Shown: positions 1 through 10,297 of the stretch, piece after piece
Numbering within the stretch: position 1 is the first letter of the stretch
Layout of the letters: each line of letters opens with the position of its first letter
NCBI GenBank assembly: GCA_964566505.1
Contig: CAZMIM010000001.1
Span: 199,690-263,689, forward strand
Direction: 5' to 3'
DNA: 64,000 nucleotides
DNA from: an uncultured Candidatus Saccharibacteria bacterium
Lineage (GTDB): Bacteria; Patescibacteriota; Minisyncoccia; Phycocordibacterales; PCTT01
Program-made: the position numbers and the translations under genes
The notes under the pieces: model-generated
Databases searched by the model: none
What the model was told of the DNA's origin: nothing
Seen by the model: only the letters and a program-made list of their open reading frames with translations

Positions 1-87
1 ATTCTCGGTTTGTTAAGTTCAACCTGAATATATTATATCATAATACAATACACCTTGTCAATGTTTGGGAAGTCAGACTCTCTAAAA

Positions 88-129
88 CAAAAACCAACGG
101 CTCATTTTCAAAATGAGCCGTTGGTTTTT
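88..129. terminator. Rho-independent terminator hairpin (aaaaccaacggctcattttcaaaatgagccgttggtttt); member of a recurring ACGGCTCA..TGAGCCGT hairpin family
   Basis: Perfect 14-bp stem plus T/A runs on both sides; near-identical hairpins at 23243-23272 and 25226-25254. Confidence 0.6.
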
Positions 130-163
130 CTAACCCCTAACACCTAGTGACTAACAACTAGCA

Positions 164-409
164 CTACATCAAGTTTTTTAGTCTATCTTGATATTTTTGT
201 GCCACCTTCATGGTAGCGCTCATTTGATCAAGTCCCTGATCCATAAGCTCTTTTGTCTCCTTTGCGATAGTTTCAAAAAGCTCTGGGTCTTTCTCAAGCA
301 TAGAAAGCATTTGCTCTTGCTGTGCCTCAGGCACATCCTTGAGCTGAGACTTCATCATTTTCTTCATTAACATTTTCTTTAACATGACACGCATTGTAAC
401 ACCCCACAC
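164..409 (-). CDS. hypothetical small Met/Lys-rich protein
   Basis: 81-aa ORF followed by a terminator; no recognisable domain. Confidence 0.3.
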   Translation of the reverse strand: MWGVTMRVMLKKMLMKKMMKSQLKDVPEAQQEQMLSMLEKDPELFETIAKETKELMDQGLDQMSATMKVAQKYQDRLKNLM

Positions 410-494
410 AAAAGCAAGCTAGTACATACCCCAAATTATTGACTCAAGCCCAAAATCACGGTATATTGAGCCGCTTATTATTACAGAAATTTTT

Positions 495-2162
495 ATGTTT
501 AAACGACTATTTTCACGAATATATTCATACGCAAAAAGGCTCTATAACTACATCAAGAGTCTCTACAAACAATTCGGAATAATCGCGGTGCTTGTAACCG
601 TGCTTATGTTGGTAGGTCTTATTATTCTTATCGCAACTGCAGGTAATAGAGATGATGCTATTGAGCAAAACAACCAAAAGGTTGTTAAGACCGCATTTGT
701 TGCGGCACTTTCAAGTAATCAATCCCCTCTTTCTCTTATTGGGCAGATTGAATCTACAAATGAAGCAGACCTACGAGCAGAATCACAAGGAGAGATTACT
801 CGTGTGTATGCACAGCTAGGAGATTATGTGTACGCGGGCTCTGTTTTGGCAGAATTTGAAAACCAAGCAGCACGAGCACAAGTTACTCAAGCAGAGGGTG
901 CTCTAGAGGCAGCAGAGGCACAGCTACTAAAAATTCAATCGGGTTCTCGAGCAGAGGAGCAAGATATTCTTGTTCTTTCAGCTGAAGATGCACGGGTTGC
1001 ACTTGCGCAAGCACAAAATGCAGCTATCGCGGAGATTGAAAATGCATTCTCTTCAGTAGATGACGCACTTTACAACAAAGTGGATGTTCTATTTGATGGA
1101 CCACGAACATACCGACCAGAACTTTCATTTGTTGTTCCAGAAACACAAATAAAAATTGATGTTGAAAGCGGTCGTGTATCAGTAGGGCGAGTACTTTCTA
1201 TTTGGGAAGATGAGATTGACTCCCTTACCACTTCATCAGACCTACAAACTGCACTTGAAAATGCACAAGCATACACAGTACAAACACAAGACTTTCTTGA
1301 TGATGTTGCGCGTGCAGTAAACATACTTCGCCCAAATGCAGAGATTAGCGAGACCACAATCGCTACATGGAAAGCAAATGTCTCATCTGCACGGACAACT
1401 CTAAACGCAACTATTAATGCGCTCATTAGTGAAGTAAATGCTCTCAATGGAACAGAGACAGCTCTTGCTGTAGCAACAACAAACAAAGATATTGGATTCT
1501 CTGGTGGACGAAACGAGGATGTGCAAGCAGCACAGGCTCAAGTAAAACAAGCAAAAGGTGCACTCGCTGTCGCTCGTGCAAACTTTGAAAAGACAATTAT
1601 CCGCACACCAATAAGCGGAACACTTAACAGATTCGCAGTTAAACGAGGAGATTTCGTAACACTCTATGAACCTATTGCAGTAGTTTCAAACAACAACGCT
1701 CTTCTTATCAAAACATACATGACAGAGGAGGATCGTCGTGAGATAGCAGTGGGCGCAAATGTACTAGTGGAGGGTGTATACAACGGAACTGTAACTGCTA
1801 TTGCACCCGGAATTGACCCTATCACCAAAAAGATTGAAGCGACTGTTTCTATCCAAGAGGAAGATTCAACACTTCAAAATGGTGAGTCTGTGCGAATTGA
1901 TATTGTACGAAAAGATGTAACCGCATTTAATGCCAACGACCCAATCCGAGTACCAATTTCTGCACTCAAAATAGAGCCGACAAGAACAGTTGTATTTTCA
2001 CTCGATGAGAATAACGCGCTAGTAGCACACCCTGTTACAGTTGGTCTTATCGTGGGAGACAAAGTGATTATCGAGAAAGGAATCACTCCAGATATGTCTA
2101 TCGTGGTTGATGCGCGAGGACTCAAAGAAGGACAAGTGGTAGAAAAGCAAAATAACCAATAG
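495..2162 (+). CDS. efflux transporter periplasmic adaptor (HlyD/membrane-fusion family) with extended coiled-coil
   Basis: N-terminal TM; long Ala/Gln-rich coiled coil; biotinyl/lipoyl-like hairpin motif IRTPISGTLNRFAVKRGDFV; 3 bp upstream of the RND permease. Confidence 0.75.
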   Translation: MFKRLFSRIYSYAKRLYNYIKSLYKQFGIIAVLVTVLMLVGLIILIATAGNRDDAIEQNNQKVVKTAFVAALSSNQSPLSLIGQIESTNEADLRAESQGEITRVYAQLGDYVYAGSVLAEFENQAARAQVTQAEGALEAAEAQLLKIQSGSRAEEQDILVLSAEDARVALAQAQNAAIAEIENAFSSVDDALYNKVDVLFDGPRTYRPELSFVVPETQIKIDVESGRVSVGRVLSIWEDEIDSLTTSSDLQTALENAQAYTVQTQDFLDDVARAVNILRPNAEISETTIATWKANVSSARTTLNATINALISEVNALNGTETALAVATTNKDIGFSGGRNEDVQAAQAQVKQAKGALAVARANFEKTIIRTPISGTLNRFAVKRGDFVTLYEPIAVVSNNNALLIKTYMTEEDRREIAVGANVLVEGVYNGTVTAIAPGIDPITKKIEATVSIQEEDSTLQNGESVRIDIVRKDVTAFNANDPIRVPISALKIEPTRTVVFSLDENNALVAHPVTVGLIVGDKVIIEKGITPDMSIVVDARGLKEGQVVEKQNNQ

Positions 2163-2164
2163 CT

Positions 2165-5100
2165 ATGTTTTCATTTTGGTCATTTTTTCTTAAGAATAAA
2201 CGATTCAGCCAACTGATTCTCATAGCCCTTATCGGAGCAGGGCTTGTTTCTCTATTCTCTATCCCAAAAGAATCAAATCCTGAAGTAGAGGTTCCTATCG
2301 GAGTTGTGAGCACATTTCTACCTGGAGGTTCTGCAGAAGATGTAGAAACACTCATTACAAATGAGATTGAATCAGGTCTGCAAAATCTTGATGAGGTAAA
2401 GAAAATCACATCAACATCAGCATCGCGTATCTCAAGTATCGTGGTTGAATTTGATGCGAGCGCAAATATAGACAAGGCTATCCAAGACCTCAAAGACGCA
2501 GTGGACACGGTAGCACCAAACCTACCATCAGAAGCAGAAGACCCAGTAGTGGCACAAGTAGATTTCTCTGCTGAGCCAATAATGATTATCTCTGTAGCGA
2601 CCGACAGACCTGCACCAGAGGTAGTATCACTTGCACAAACAATAGAGCGAGAGCTCAAGCGTATTCCAGGTGTATCAGATGTAACTCCACAAGGACTTCG
2701 TGAGCGAGAGGTGCAAGTAATCGTAAACCAAGAGCGACTCCAAGCATTTGGACTTTCTACAGACACTGTTGTTAGAGCGCTTTCAGGAACAAACAGCTCT
2801 CTTCCAGTAGGGACAATCAAAACAAATGGAATCGTATACCCTGTTTCATTCAACGGAGACATAAAAGACCCAAATGAAATCCCTGATATTGCAATCGCAA
2901 ACAACAATGGATTCCCTATATACATTAGAGACATTGCCGATGTATCTATTGGAGTAGAGGAAGCGTCTACTATCTCTCGTATCAGTCTAGAAGTAAACCC
3001 TAGCGAGAACGCAATTTCTTTTTCAGTATTCAAACAAACAGGAGGAAATATTATAGAGACCACCCAGGCTGTAAGAGACAAACTTGAAGAGCTTCAAGAC
3101 GGAGGTGTGCTTTCTGACTCTGAAGTACTTGTTTCTTTTGATGTAGGAGAGTTCATAAAACAAGACCTTTCAAACCTTACATTCACAGCACTGCAAACAG
3201 TCCTTTTGGTAATGATTATTCTATTCTTGGCGGTTGGACTTAAAGAAGCGCTCCTTGCAGGGCTTGCTATCCCGCTTTCATTCTTGCTTTCGTTTATTGG
3301 TCTATCGGCATCTGGAAACACTGTAAACTTTGTGAGCCTTTTCTCACTTATTTTGGCGGTGGGTATTTTGGTGGACTCAGCTATTGTGATTGTTGAAGGA
3401 ATGCACGCAAATTCAATAAAGCGACAAAATGAGTCGATGAATGTTATTGCCTTTCAAACACTCAAAGAGTTCTACAAGCCACTGTTCTCAGGAACAATGA
3501 CAACCATTGCAGTGTTTTTCCCACTATTCTTTATCTCAGGTATTACTGGTGAGTTTATCGCAAGTATTCCATTTACTATGATTTTTGTGCTGACCGCATC
3601 TATTGTGGTAGCACTTGGATTCTTGCCACTTATTGCATCATCAGTCCTTAAATCACAAAGCAACAAAGAAGAAACTTCTCTTGAAGAAAAACGCGTTCGA
3701 TATTCAGACATTGTTGAGAAGTGGTACCAAAGAAAGCTGAATAAAATTCTTGGAAATAAAAAGCGGGAGAAAAAAGTAATAAAGTGGTCTGTGATTGCAT
3801 TCTTTATTGTATTTTCATTCCCTATTATCGGAATTGTTAATGTAGAATTCTTCCCACAAGAAGACTTGGATTTTGTATTTCTTGAAGTAGAAAAAGAGCG
3901 AGGAACAGTTATTGAGGATACTGATTTCGTAACACGACAAGTAGAAGAGATTTTGTATGAGAATGAAAATATTGAGTCATTTGTAACTACGGTTGGTACT
4001 GGTAGTGCGTTTGCAGGGACAGACTTTGGAGGAAGTTCTGACAATGGAAACATTGCAAATATGACCATAAACCTCAAAAAGAATCGAAAAGATTCAAGCT
4101 CAGAGGTGTCGCAACAGCTTCGCGAGGAACTCGCACTTATCAAAGAAGCAGATGTACGAGTAGTACAAACAAACAACGGACCGCCAACTGGTGCCCCTGT
4201 ACTGATTACATTTTTTGGTGACTCACTAGAAGAGCTTGAAACTCTTGCGTCACAGTCAGAAGATATACTCAAAAACATTGAAGGAACGCGTGATGTTTCT
4301 ACAAGCATTAGCGATAGCGGTACGGAGTTCCTGCTGTCTGTAGATCGCTCAAAGGCGACACAGCTTGGCCTATCTCCACTATCTATTGCACAAACACTAC
4401 GAACAGCAATCGTGGGAACGACCGCTACCACAATCAAAACTGATACTGACGATATTGATGTAGTGGTGAAGCTAAACCTTAATCCAAACTACCAAGGCCC
4501 ACATGATACAAACCGAACAACAATAGACAGCATCAGGCAGATAAGTGTGACAACACCTAGCGGTTCTGTGCTACTTGGCTCTGTACTCGATACATCACTT
4601 GATAGAAGTAGCTCAAGCATTCGACACGAGGATACAAAGCGTATCGCGAGTGTATCAAGCCAACTACAAGATGGGGCTGTCGTAGGAGCTATTGTAAGCG
4701 AGTTTCGCGCACAAATAGCAGATGGTGCACTGGTACTACCAGATACTGTTGAAATGCGTGTAGGAGGAGAAACAGAAGACGTAGACCAATCATTTAAAGA
4801 GATGGGGCTCGCATTTATTGCAGGACTTGTTTTGATGCTTGCAATACTCGTGCTTCAGTTTGATTCTATTCGATATGCCCTCTTTATACTTGCTATTATT
4901 CCATTCTCATTTATTGGAATCTTCATAGGACTCGCTCTCACAGGAAAAGCACTATCGTTCCCATCTCTTATGGGTGTGATTGCACTATCTGGAATTTTGG
5001 TAAACAACTCAATCATTCTTATTGATAAAATGAACTCTCTTCGCGAAGAGTATCCAATGCTTGCTATTCGAGATGTGGTGGTTGCGGCAAGCACATCACG

Positions 5101-5275
5101 GCTTCGACCTATCTTGCTTACAACTCTTACAACCGTGATTGGAATCTTTCCACTTACATACGCCGCAGAGCTATGGTCACCGCTCGCGTGGTCTATCATA
5201 TTTGGACTTACATTCTCTGTAGTACTAACGCTGGTACTCGTACCAATCCTTTACGATAGGTGGTGTAAGCGGTAA
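2165..5275 (+). CDS. RND family efflux transporter permease (AcrB/HAE1-like)
   Basis: 1036 aa; 12-TM architecture with two large periplasmic loops typical of AcrB; operon with the adaptor. Confidence 0.9.
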   Translation: MFSFWSFFLKNKRFSQLILIALIGAGLVSLFSIPKESNPEVEVPIGVVSTFLPGGSAEDVETLITNEIESGLQNLDEVKKITSTSASRISSIVVEFDASANIDKAIQDLKDAVDTVAPNLPSEAEDPVVAQVDFSAEPIMIISVATDRPAPEVVSLAQTIERELKRIPGVSDVTPQGLREREVQVIVNQERLQAFGLSTDTVVRALSGTNSSLPVGTIKTNGIVYPVSFNGDIKDPNEIPDIAIANNNGFPIYIRDIADVSIGVEEASTISRISLEVNPSENAISFSVFKQTGGNIIETTQAVRDKLEELQDGGVLSDSEVLVSFDVGEFIKQDLSNLTFTALQTVLLVMIILFLAVGLKEALLAGLAIPLSFLLSFIGLSASGNTVNFVSLFSLILAVGILVDSAIVIVEGMHANSIKRQNESMNVIAFQTLKEFYKPLFSGTMTTIAVFFPLFFISGITGEFIASIPFTMIFVLTASIVVALGFLPLIASSVLKSQSNKEETSLEEKRVRYSDIVEKWYQRKLNKILGNKKREKKVIKWSVIAFFIVFSFPIIGIVNVEFFPQEDLDFVFLEVEKERGTVIEDTDFVTRQVEEILYENENIESFVTTVGTGSAFAGTDFGGSSDNGNIANMTINLKKNRKDSSSEVSQQLREELALIKEADVRVVQTNNGPPTGAPVLITFFGDSLEELETLASQSEDILKNIEGTRDVSTSISDSGTEFLLSVDRSKATQLGLSPLSIAQTLRTAIVGTTATTIKTDTDDIDVVVKLNLNPNYQGPHDTNRTTIDSIRQISVTTPSGSVLLGSVLDTSLDRSSSSIRHEDTKRIASVSSQLQDGAVVGAIVSEFRAQIADGALVLPDTVEMRVGGETEDVDQSFKEMGLAFIAGLVLMLAILVLQFDSIRYALFILAIIPFSFIGIFIGLALTGKALSFPSLMGVIALSGILVNNSIILIDKMNSLREEYPMLAIRDVVVAASTSRLRPILLTTLTTVIGIFPLTYAAELWSPLAWSIIFGLTFSVVLTLVLVPILYDRWCKR

Positions 5276-5321
5276 TATTGAGATAGTTCGCCCGTTCTTT
5301 CCTACCAAACAAACAGTCCTC

Positions 5322-5483
5322 ATGGAACGTTTTATCAGGGTTCACCCCAAGTCTCGCGCTGGTGGTGGAAGCCGACCCAAAACCGAAGGAGGTTCTCCTT
5401 CTGAAAAAGAAGTGGGAGGAGGTCCTCTTTTCAAGTGTGGCGGTGGCAACGGACCACTCTACAAAGATGTCGGTGGTGCATAG
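5322..5483 (+). CDS. possible small Gly-rich protein (53 aa, MERFIRVHPKSRAGGGSRPKTEGGSP...), unannotated by the ORF track
   Basis: ATG..TAG ORF in a GC-rich intergenic block downstream of the RND operon, immediately before a strong bidirectional terminator. Confidence 0.2.
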   Translation: MERFIRVHPKSRAGGGSRPKTEGGSPSEKEVGGGPLFKCGGGNGPLYKDVGGA

Positions 5484-5493
5484 CATGCACCTA

Positions 5494-5530
5494 AAAACCC
5501 CAAATGCAAATGATTTGCATTTGGGGTTTT
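5494..5530. terminator. bidirectional terminator built on the 21-bp palindrome AAATGCAAATGATTTGCATTT extended by CCCC/GGGG
   Basis: Perfect hairpin aaaaccccaaatgcaaatgatttgcatttggggtttt between convergent genes. Confidence 0.65.
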
Positions 5531-5550
5531 GTGCTTGAAATAGGCCTTTT

Positions 5551-6663
5551 TTAACCAAAAGTAAATGTAAATGCTTCAAGACCAGGCTCTTCTGGGATAA
5601 GCTCGAGAACATGCTCTCCCCACGCTTCATCTTCAATAATCCGATACAACTGCTCCTCTCCTACTGTCATATAGCCCCCACTATCCACATCAGCTCCTGC
5701 TCTATCTCCTACTGGCTCTCCATCTACTAACACCTTTACTCGTACTGGCTCATCGCTTGATGCAACCATGAATACTTTTTGTGCCTGATATTTAAACACA
5801 ATAGATGCTCCCGCTTCTGTATTTTCTGCATACTCGCGTGTAACATTCCATAGACCATCAAAGTACAGAGTGCTTGTTTTTAGTGTTTTTGGAAGCTCAT
5901 AGTCACGCTCACCCTCTACTTTTTGTGTTCCATTTCCTAACCTCTCGTTTCGCCAAGCTCCAAAATAAATCTCTGGACTTCGCTTTTGGTTGCTTACAGA
6001 CTCTACATTTTCTGGATTTGAAATATCACCTGAAATCTCTGTATCGAGACCAAGACGCTCGGCTCGCTCAGCAAGTAGTCTTTGTATTACTTCTTCTGTT
6101 TCTTCATATGCGCCCTCTCCGATGTGGTCATACACCACAAAACCGTCTATATCGATAAGATACTTTCGTGGCCAGTAGCGGTTGTTATATGCATTCCATG
6201 TTCGATAATCATTATCTAGAACCACCGGATACTTTACATCAAACTGATCTACTGCTTGTTGTACATTATTGATGTCTTTTTCAAACTCAAACTCTGGAGT
6301 GTGCACCGCCACAATCTCAAGACCTTGGTCTTTATATTTCTCATACCACGCGTTTAGATACGGCAACGTTCGCTGACAGTTAATACAGCTATATGTCCAA
6401 ATATCCAGAAGCACAACCTTGTCTCCAATAAGCTCTGAGATGGTAATACCGTCCTCGTCAGTATTTATAAACCCATGTGTTTGATCTACCTCCTTTGCTC
6501 TAGGATATTTATTTAACTTTTCTTCTATGTCCATTCCCACGCTTGCCACCACATCACCTGTAGTTTGCCCACTTCCTCCTACCTTCATAGACTCAAGCCA
6601 GAATATAATCCCAACAATCGCTACAAGTGTAATTATCAATACTAATGTTTTCTGCTTTCCCAT
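5551..6663 (-). CDS. membrane-anchored thioredoxin-like thiol-disulfide oxidoreductase (TlpA/ResA-like, DipZ C-terminal-like)
   Basis: N-terminal TM; WTYSCINCQ CxxC motif in a redoxin fold; encoded downstream of ccdA. Confidence 0.7.
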   Translation of the reverse strand: MGKQKTLVLIITLVAIVGIIFWLESMKVGGSGQTTGDVVASVGMDIEEKLNKYPRAKEVDQTHGFINTDEDGITISELIGDKVVLLDIWTYSCINCQRTLPYLNAWYEKYKDQGLEIVAVHTPEFEFEKDINNVQQAVDQFDVKYPVVLDNDYRTWNAYNNRYWPRKYLIDIDGFVVYDHIGEGAYEETEEVIQRLLAERAERLGLDTEISGDISNPENVESVSNQKRSPEIYFGAWRNERLGNGTQKVEGERDYELPKTLKTSTLYFDGLWNVTREYAENTEAGASIVFKYQAQKVFMVASSDEPVRVKVLVDGEPVGDRAGADVDSGGYMTVGEEQLYRIIEDEAWGEHVLELIPEEPGLEAFTFTFG

Positions 6664-6794
6664 CCCGATAGTGATAGAAAGTGCATATTAGGCACTTTCG
6701 ATAATTAAATTATTAATTCTTATTCTCAACATATATATCATTTATTTTACATCCCATTCTTCTTTCGTAAATCAATCACTATCGGGACCCATAA

Positions 6795-7571
6795 TTACAA
6801 TACTAACTTGTTAATAAACTCAAAGTTTGCCACCAACGACAGACTCTCTGTAAATGCCAAAATACCAATCACTACCAAAAGTACTCCAAATACCATATTG
6901 AGATACTTAAGCTTTTCTTGATATCGTGAAATCCATCCACCAGCCTGTGTGGCAAATGCCCCTACGAATAGAAACGGTAACGCAAGACCAAGTGAATATG
7001 AGATAAGAAGTCCAAATGCGGCGCCAGGTGAAGATAGCGCAAGGCCAAGTATTGCACCTAGTATTGCACCTACACAAGGCGTCCAGCCAGCAGCAAAAGC
7101 TGCTCCAAACACAAACGAGGTCATGTATCGTGAGTTGAATTTATGTTTTACAGCAATTTGTCGATTCACCTCAAGAAATGGAATCTTTATAAGACCAGCC
7201 AAATACAAACCAAAAATAATCACCAAAGTTCCTCCAAGTCGTGCAAGCCAAGTCTGCACACTTCCGGCAATATCTACCAAAAATGAGTTGAGTATTACGC
7301 CCAACAGCGCAAACACGACGCTGAATCCAATAACAAAAAATATTGCATTAATAAAAGTACTCTTTCGAGATGATTCCCCCTCAACTGACACTCCGCCAAG
7401 ATATGCAAGATAGCCAGGAATTACGGGCAAAATACATGGGGACAGGAATGAAACTATTCCTGCTGTAAATGCCACAAAAAATGATATGTCGCTCATAGGA
7501 TTATTATACCCCAAAGGAGTTAAAGCAAACAAAAAACCGCCTAAGCGGTCTTTTGAATCGAGTGAGTGCAA
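6795..7571 (-). CDS. ccdA: cytochrome c-type biogenesis / disulfide electron transporter CcdA (DsbD family)
   Basis: Polytopic membrane protein with LSPCILPVIPGYL and GWTPCVGAILG motifs, the two conserved Cys of CcdA. Confidence 0.8.
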   Translation of the reverse strand: MHSLDSKDRLGGFLFALTPLGYNNPMSDISFFVAFTAGIVSFLSPCILPVIPGYLAYLGGVSVEGESSRKSTFINAIFFVIGFSVVFALLGVILNSFLVDIAGSVQTWLARLGGTLVIIFGLYLAGLIKIPFLEVNRQIAVKHKFNSRYMTSFVFGAAFAAGWTPCVGAILGAILGLALSSPGAAFGLLISYSLGLALPFLFVGAFATQAGGWISRYQEKLKYLNMVFGVLLVVIGILAFTESLSLVANFEFINKLVL

Positions 7572-7808
7572 TTACTGTGCGTCTTCTGCGTCAGCGTCAG
7601 CCTCCATTGCGTCATCTGAAGCTGCTTCATCATCTGAAGCTGCTGCAGCTGCTGCACTGTCGTCTGTCATTGCGTCTCCTTCCATTACTTCCTCAGTTGT
7701 ATCTCCTTCCACTGCTGCATCCTCGTCACCATTCTTTGTAAGAAGAAGTGCTACTACGATGATTGCAACGATCAGAAGTACGATCAACCATGCATTACCT
7801 TTGTTCAT
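7572..7808 (-). CDS. small membrane-anchored protein with acidic Ala/Asp/Glu-rich tail
   Basis: 78 aa; one TM helix then a low-complexity acidic region. Confidence 0.35.
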   Translation of the reverse strand: MNKGNAWLIVLLIVAIIVVALLLTKNGDEDAAVEGDTTEEVMEGDAMTDDSAAAAAASDDEAASDDAMEADADAEDAQ

Positions 7809-7929
7809 AATAAAACTAAAAGTTAACTTTTAACTTTAACCTCTCACGCACAGAGCGTGGTAGTTATTGCCATTTTAGCGCTTAAAATCGTTACTTTCAA
7901 GGACTTATCCACTTTGCCCATCAAGAGCG

Positions 7930-10002
7930 CTATACGTCAATATTGGCCATCTTGGCGTTGTTTTGGATAAACGCCTTTCGAGAGCTTACTTCTGTACCCA
8001 TAAGAATATCAAAGATTCTATCAGCTTCTTCTGCGTCCTCAACAGTTACTTGCTTGAGCACGCGATTACCTGGATCCATTGTTGTTTCCCATAGCTCTTC
8101 TGCGTTCATCTCTCCAAGACCCTTATATCGTTGTAGGTGAATCTTTCTAGATTTTGCTTTTTTCTCTTCGTCTTGCTCCTCTTCGTCAGAATCTTCTTCG
8201 GGTTCATCCTCTGTATCTTCATCGCCTACTTCTATTCCCTGTGCCTTTAGATATTCTGCTTTTTCATCTTCTGTATATACATACACGAGCTCCTTTCCTT
8301 TCTTTATCTTATATAGAGGTGGTTGTGCAATGTATAGATACCCTCCATCAATAAGCGCTCGGAAATATCGGTAAAACAGAGTCAAAAGAAGTGTTCTAAT
8401 GTGAGCACCATCGACATCGGCGTCGGTTGCGATAATAATTTTGTGATATCGAAGTTTTTCTAGATCAAATGTGTCTCCAATAGCAGTACCAAGCGCAATA
8501 ACAAGGTTTTTAATCTGCTCAGATGAAAGCATCCTGTCGAGTCGTGCTCGCTCCACATTGAGAATCTTTCCTCGAAGTGGGAGTATAGCTTGTGTCTTTC
8601 GGTCTCGCCCTGTTTTTGCTGTACCTCCAGCAGAGTCTCCCTCTACAATAAATAGCTCTGAGTTCTCTGCCTTTTTGCTTGAACAGTCTGCAAGCTTTCC
8701 TGGTAGTGTCATTCCATCAAGTGCACCCTTTCGAAGCACGCTGTCTTTGGCAGCTTTAGCAGCCTTTCGTGCGCGCATAGCAAGAATGCTCTTGTTTATC
8801 ATTTGCTTTGCATCATCTGGATTCTCTTCAAGAAATACAGAAAGAGCTTCTCCAAATACAGACTCTACAGCACCTCGTGCCTCCATAGAACCAAGCTTTG
8901 CCTTTGTTTGCCCCTCAAACTGAATCTCAGGAAGCTTCACAGACACAACGGCAGTTAGGCCCTCTAGGGCATCATCTCCTGCAAGGTTGCCGTCTTTGTC
9001 TTTAAGGATTTTATTGTCACGCGCATAGTTGTTGAGCGTTCGTGTTAGAGCCGTTTTAAATCCAGTGATATGTGTTCCTCCTTCTGGGTTATGGATATTG
9101 TTGGCAAATGGCAATATTCGTGAAGAAATATCATCTGCATATTGAAATGAAACCTCTACCATAACATCATCAATCTCTTTCTCTACATAGAAAATATTTT
9201 TGTGCACTGGCTTGAGTGGAGTGTTATAGAACTGAATAAGAGAAACGAGACCTCCTTCAAAATAAAATGACATTGAGGGCACATCTAGTCCAAGCTCTTT
9301 GAAATAAAAGGCATCTTTGAAATCAATTTTCCCTTCGTACTCTCGTGCGTCATAAACACTAATGCGAAGTCCTTTTACCAAATAAGCCTGCTGTCGCATG
9401 TGAGCGGTAATCTTTTTCCAGTTAAACTCGATTTCTTTGAAAATCTCTGGGTCAGGCTGGAATGTAATAGCTGTTCCTGTCTTTTTTGAAGCACTTACTT
9501 TCTTTACAGCGCCCTTTTTCTTTCCTTGGTTGTACTCTTGTGTGTAGTACCCACCATCACGGTGAACCTCTGCTTTTGTGTATGTTGAAAGAGCGTTTAC
9601 CACAGAAACACCCACTCCGTGAAGACCTCCTGATACCTTATACCCCTCACCACCAAACTTACCTCCGGCGTGGAGTGTAGTCATAATAGTTTCAAGTGCA
9701 GATACTTTTGTTTGTTTGTGCTTGTCTACTGGAATACCTCGTCCGTTGTCAGCTACACGCACCATATTGTCTGGTAGCAAAACGATTTCTACATCGTCAG
9801 CAAAGCCACCCATGGCCTCATCCCGAGAGTTATCAAACACCTCTGTAATAAGGTGATGTAGACCATCTGGACCAGTAGTACCAATATACATACCTGGTCG
9901 TTTTCGTACCGGATCAAGCCCTTCTAGAACAGTAATATCCGAAGCGCTATATGAGCTTTTTTTCTTTGGTTTTTCTTCTTTTTTTGTTTTTTCTTTTGCC
10001 AT
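7930..10002 (-). CDS. gyrB: DNA gyrase subunit B
   Basis: GHKL ATPase motifs (HHLITEVFDNSRDEA, GLHGVGVSVVNALS), Toprim EGDSAGG, C-terminal ...NNAKMANIDV. Confidence 0.93.
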   Translation of the reverse strand: MAKEKTKKEEKPKKKSSYSASDITVLEGLDPVRKRPGMYIGTTGPDGLHHLITEVFDNSRDEAMGGFADDVEIVLLPDNMVRVADNGRGIPVDKHKQTKVSALETIMTTLHAGGKFGGEGYKVSGGLHGVGVSVVNALSTYTKAEVHRDGGYYTQEYNQGKKKGAVKKVSASKKTGTAITFQPDPEIFKEIEFNWKKITAHMRQQAYLVKGLRISVYDAREYEGKIDFKDAFYFKELGLDVPSMSFYFEGGLVSLIQFYNTPLKPVHKNIFYVEKEIDDVMVEVSFQYADDISSRILPFANNIHNPEGGTHITGFKTALTRTLNNYARDNKILKDKDGNLAGDDALEGLTAVVSVKLPEIQFEGQTKAKLGSMEARGAVESVFGEALSVFLEENPDDAKQMINKSILAMRARKAAKAAKDSVLRKGALDGMTLPGKLADCSSKKAENSELFIVEGDSAGGTAKTGRDRKTQAILPLRGKILNVERARLDRMLSSEQIKNLVIALGTAIGDTFDLEKLRYHKIIIATDADVDGAHIRTLLLTLFYRYFRALIDGGYLYIAQPPLYKIKKGKELVYVYTEDEKAEYLKAQGIEVGDEDTEDEPEEDSDEEEQDEEKKAKSRKIHLQRYKGLGEMNAEELWETTMDPGNRVLKQVTVEDAEEADRIFDILMGTEVSSRKAFIQNNAKMANIDV

Positions 10003-10297
10003 AAATGTTTACTTGGTGAGCGAAGCGAGCTTAGAAAACATTTACCCGCCTCAGTTTTTGCTTTTGCAAAAAATGTGTGCGGGTAAGTCGAAAACCTACC
10101 AATCCGCCATATTTTCGCCCTGCGAAACTAAGGCGGATGTGTAAATTATAGTCATTTTCATTCCTTAATTTACTACAAAATGCACCAAAAGGCGCACCTT
10201 TTTAGATACTGTATTATAGCAAAAATATCGCTTTACCTCAATCTATTTACAGAAAAGAGAAAGTGGAAAAGTGGCTTAAAATAGAGTCTATTTTCGT

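Noticed and set aside
1070-4437. Long antisense ORFs inside the RND adaptor/permease genes (1070-1486, 2122-3081, 3472-4437) and similar ones inside gyrB, pheT, copA and the STAND gene
   Set aside because: They have low-complexity Ser/Thr/Arg-rich translations, lie entirely within well-supported genes on the opposite strand and have no motifs. They are shadow ORFs.
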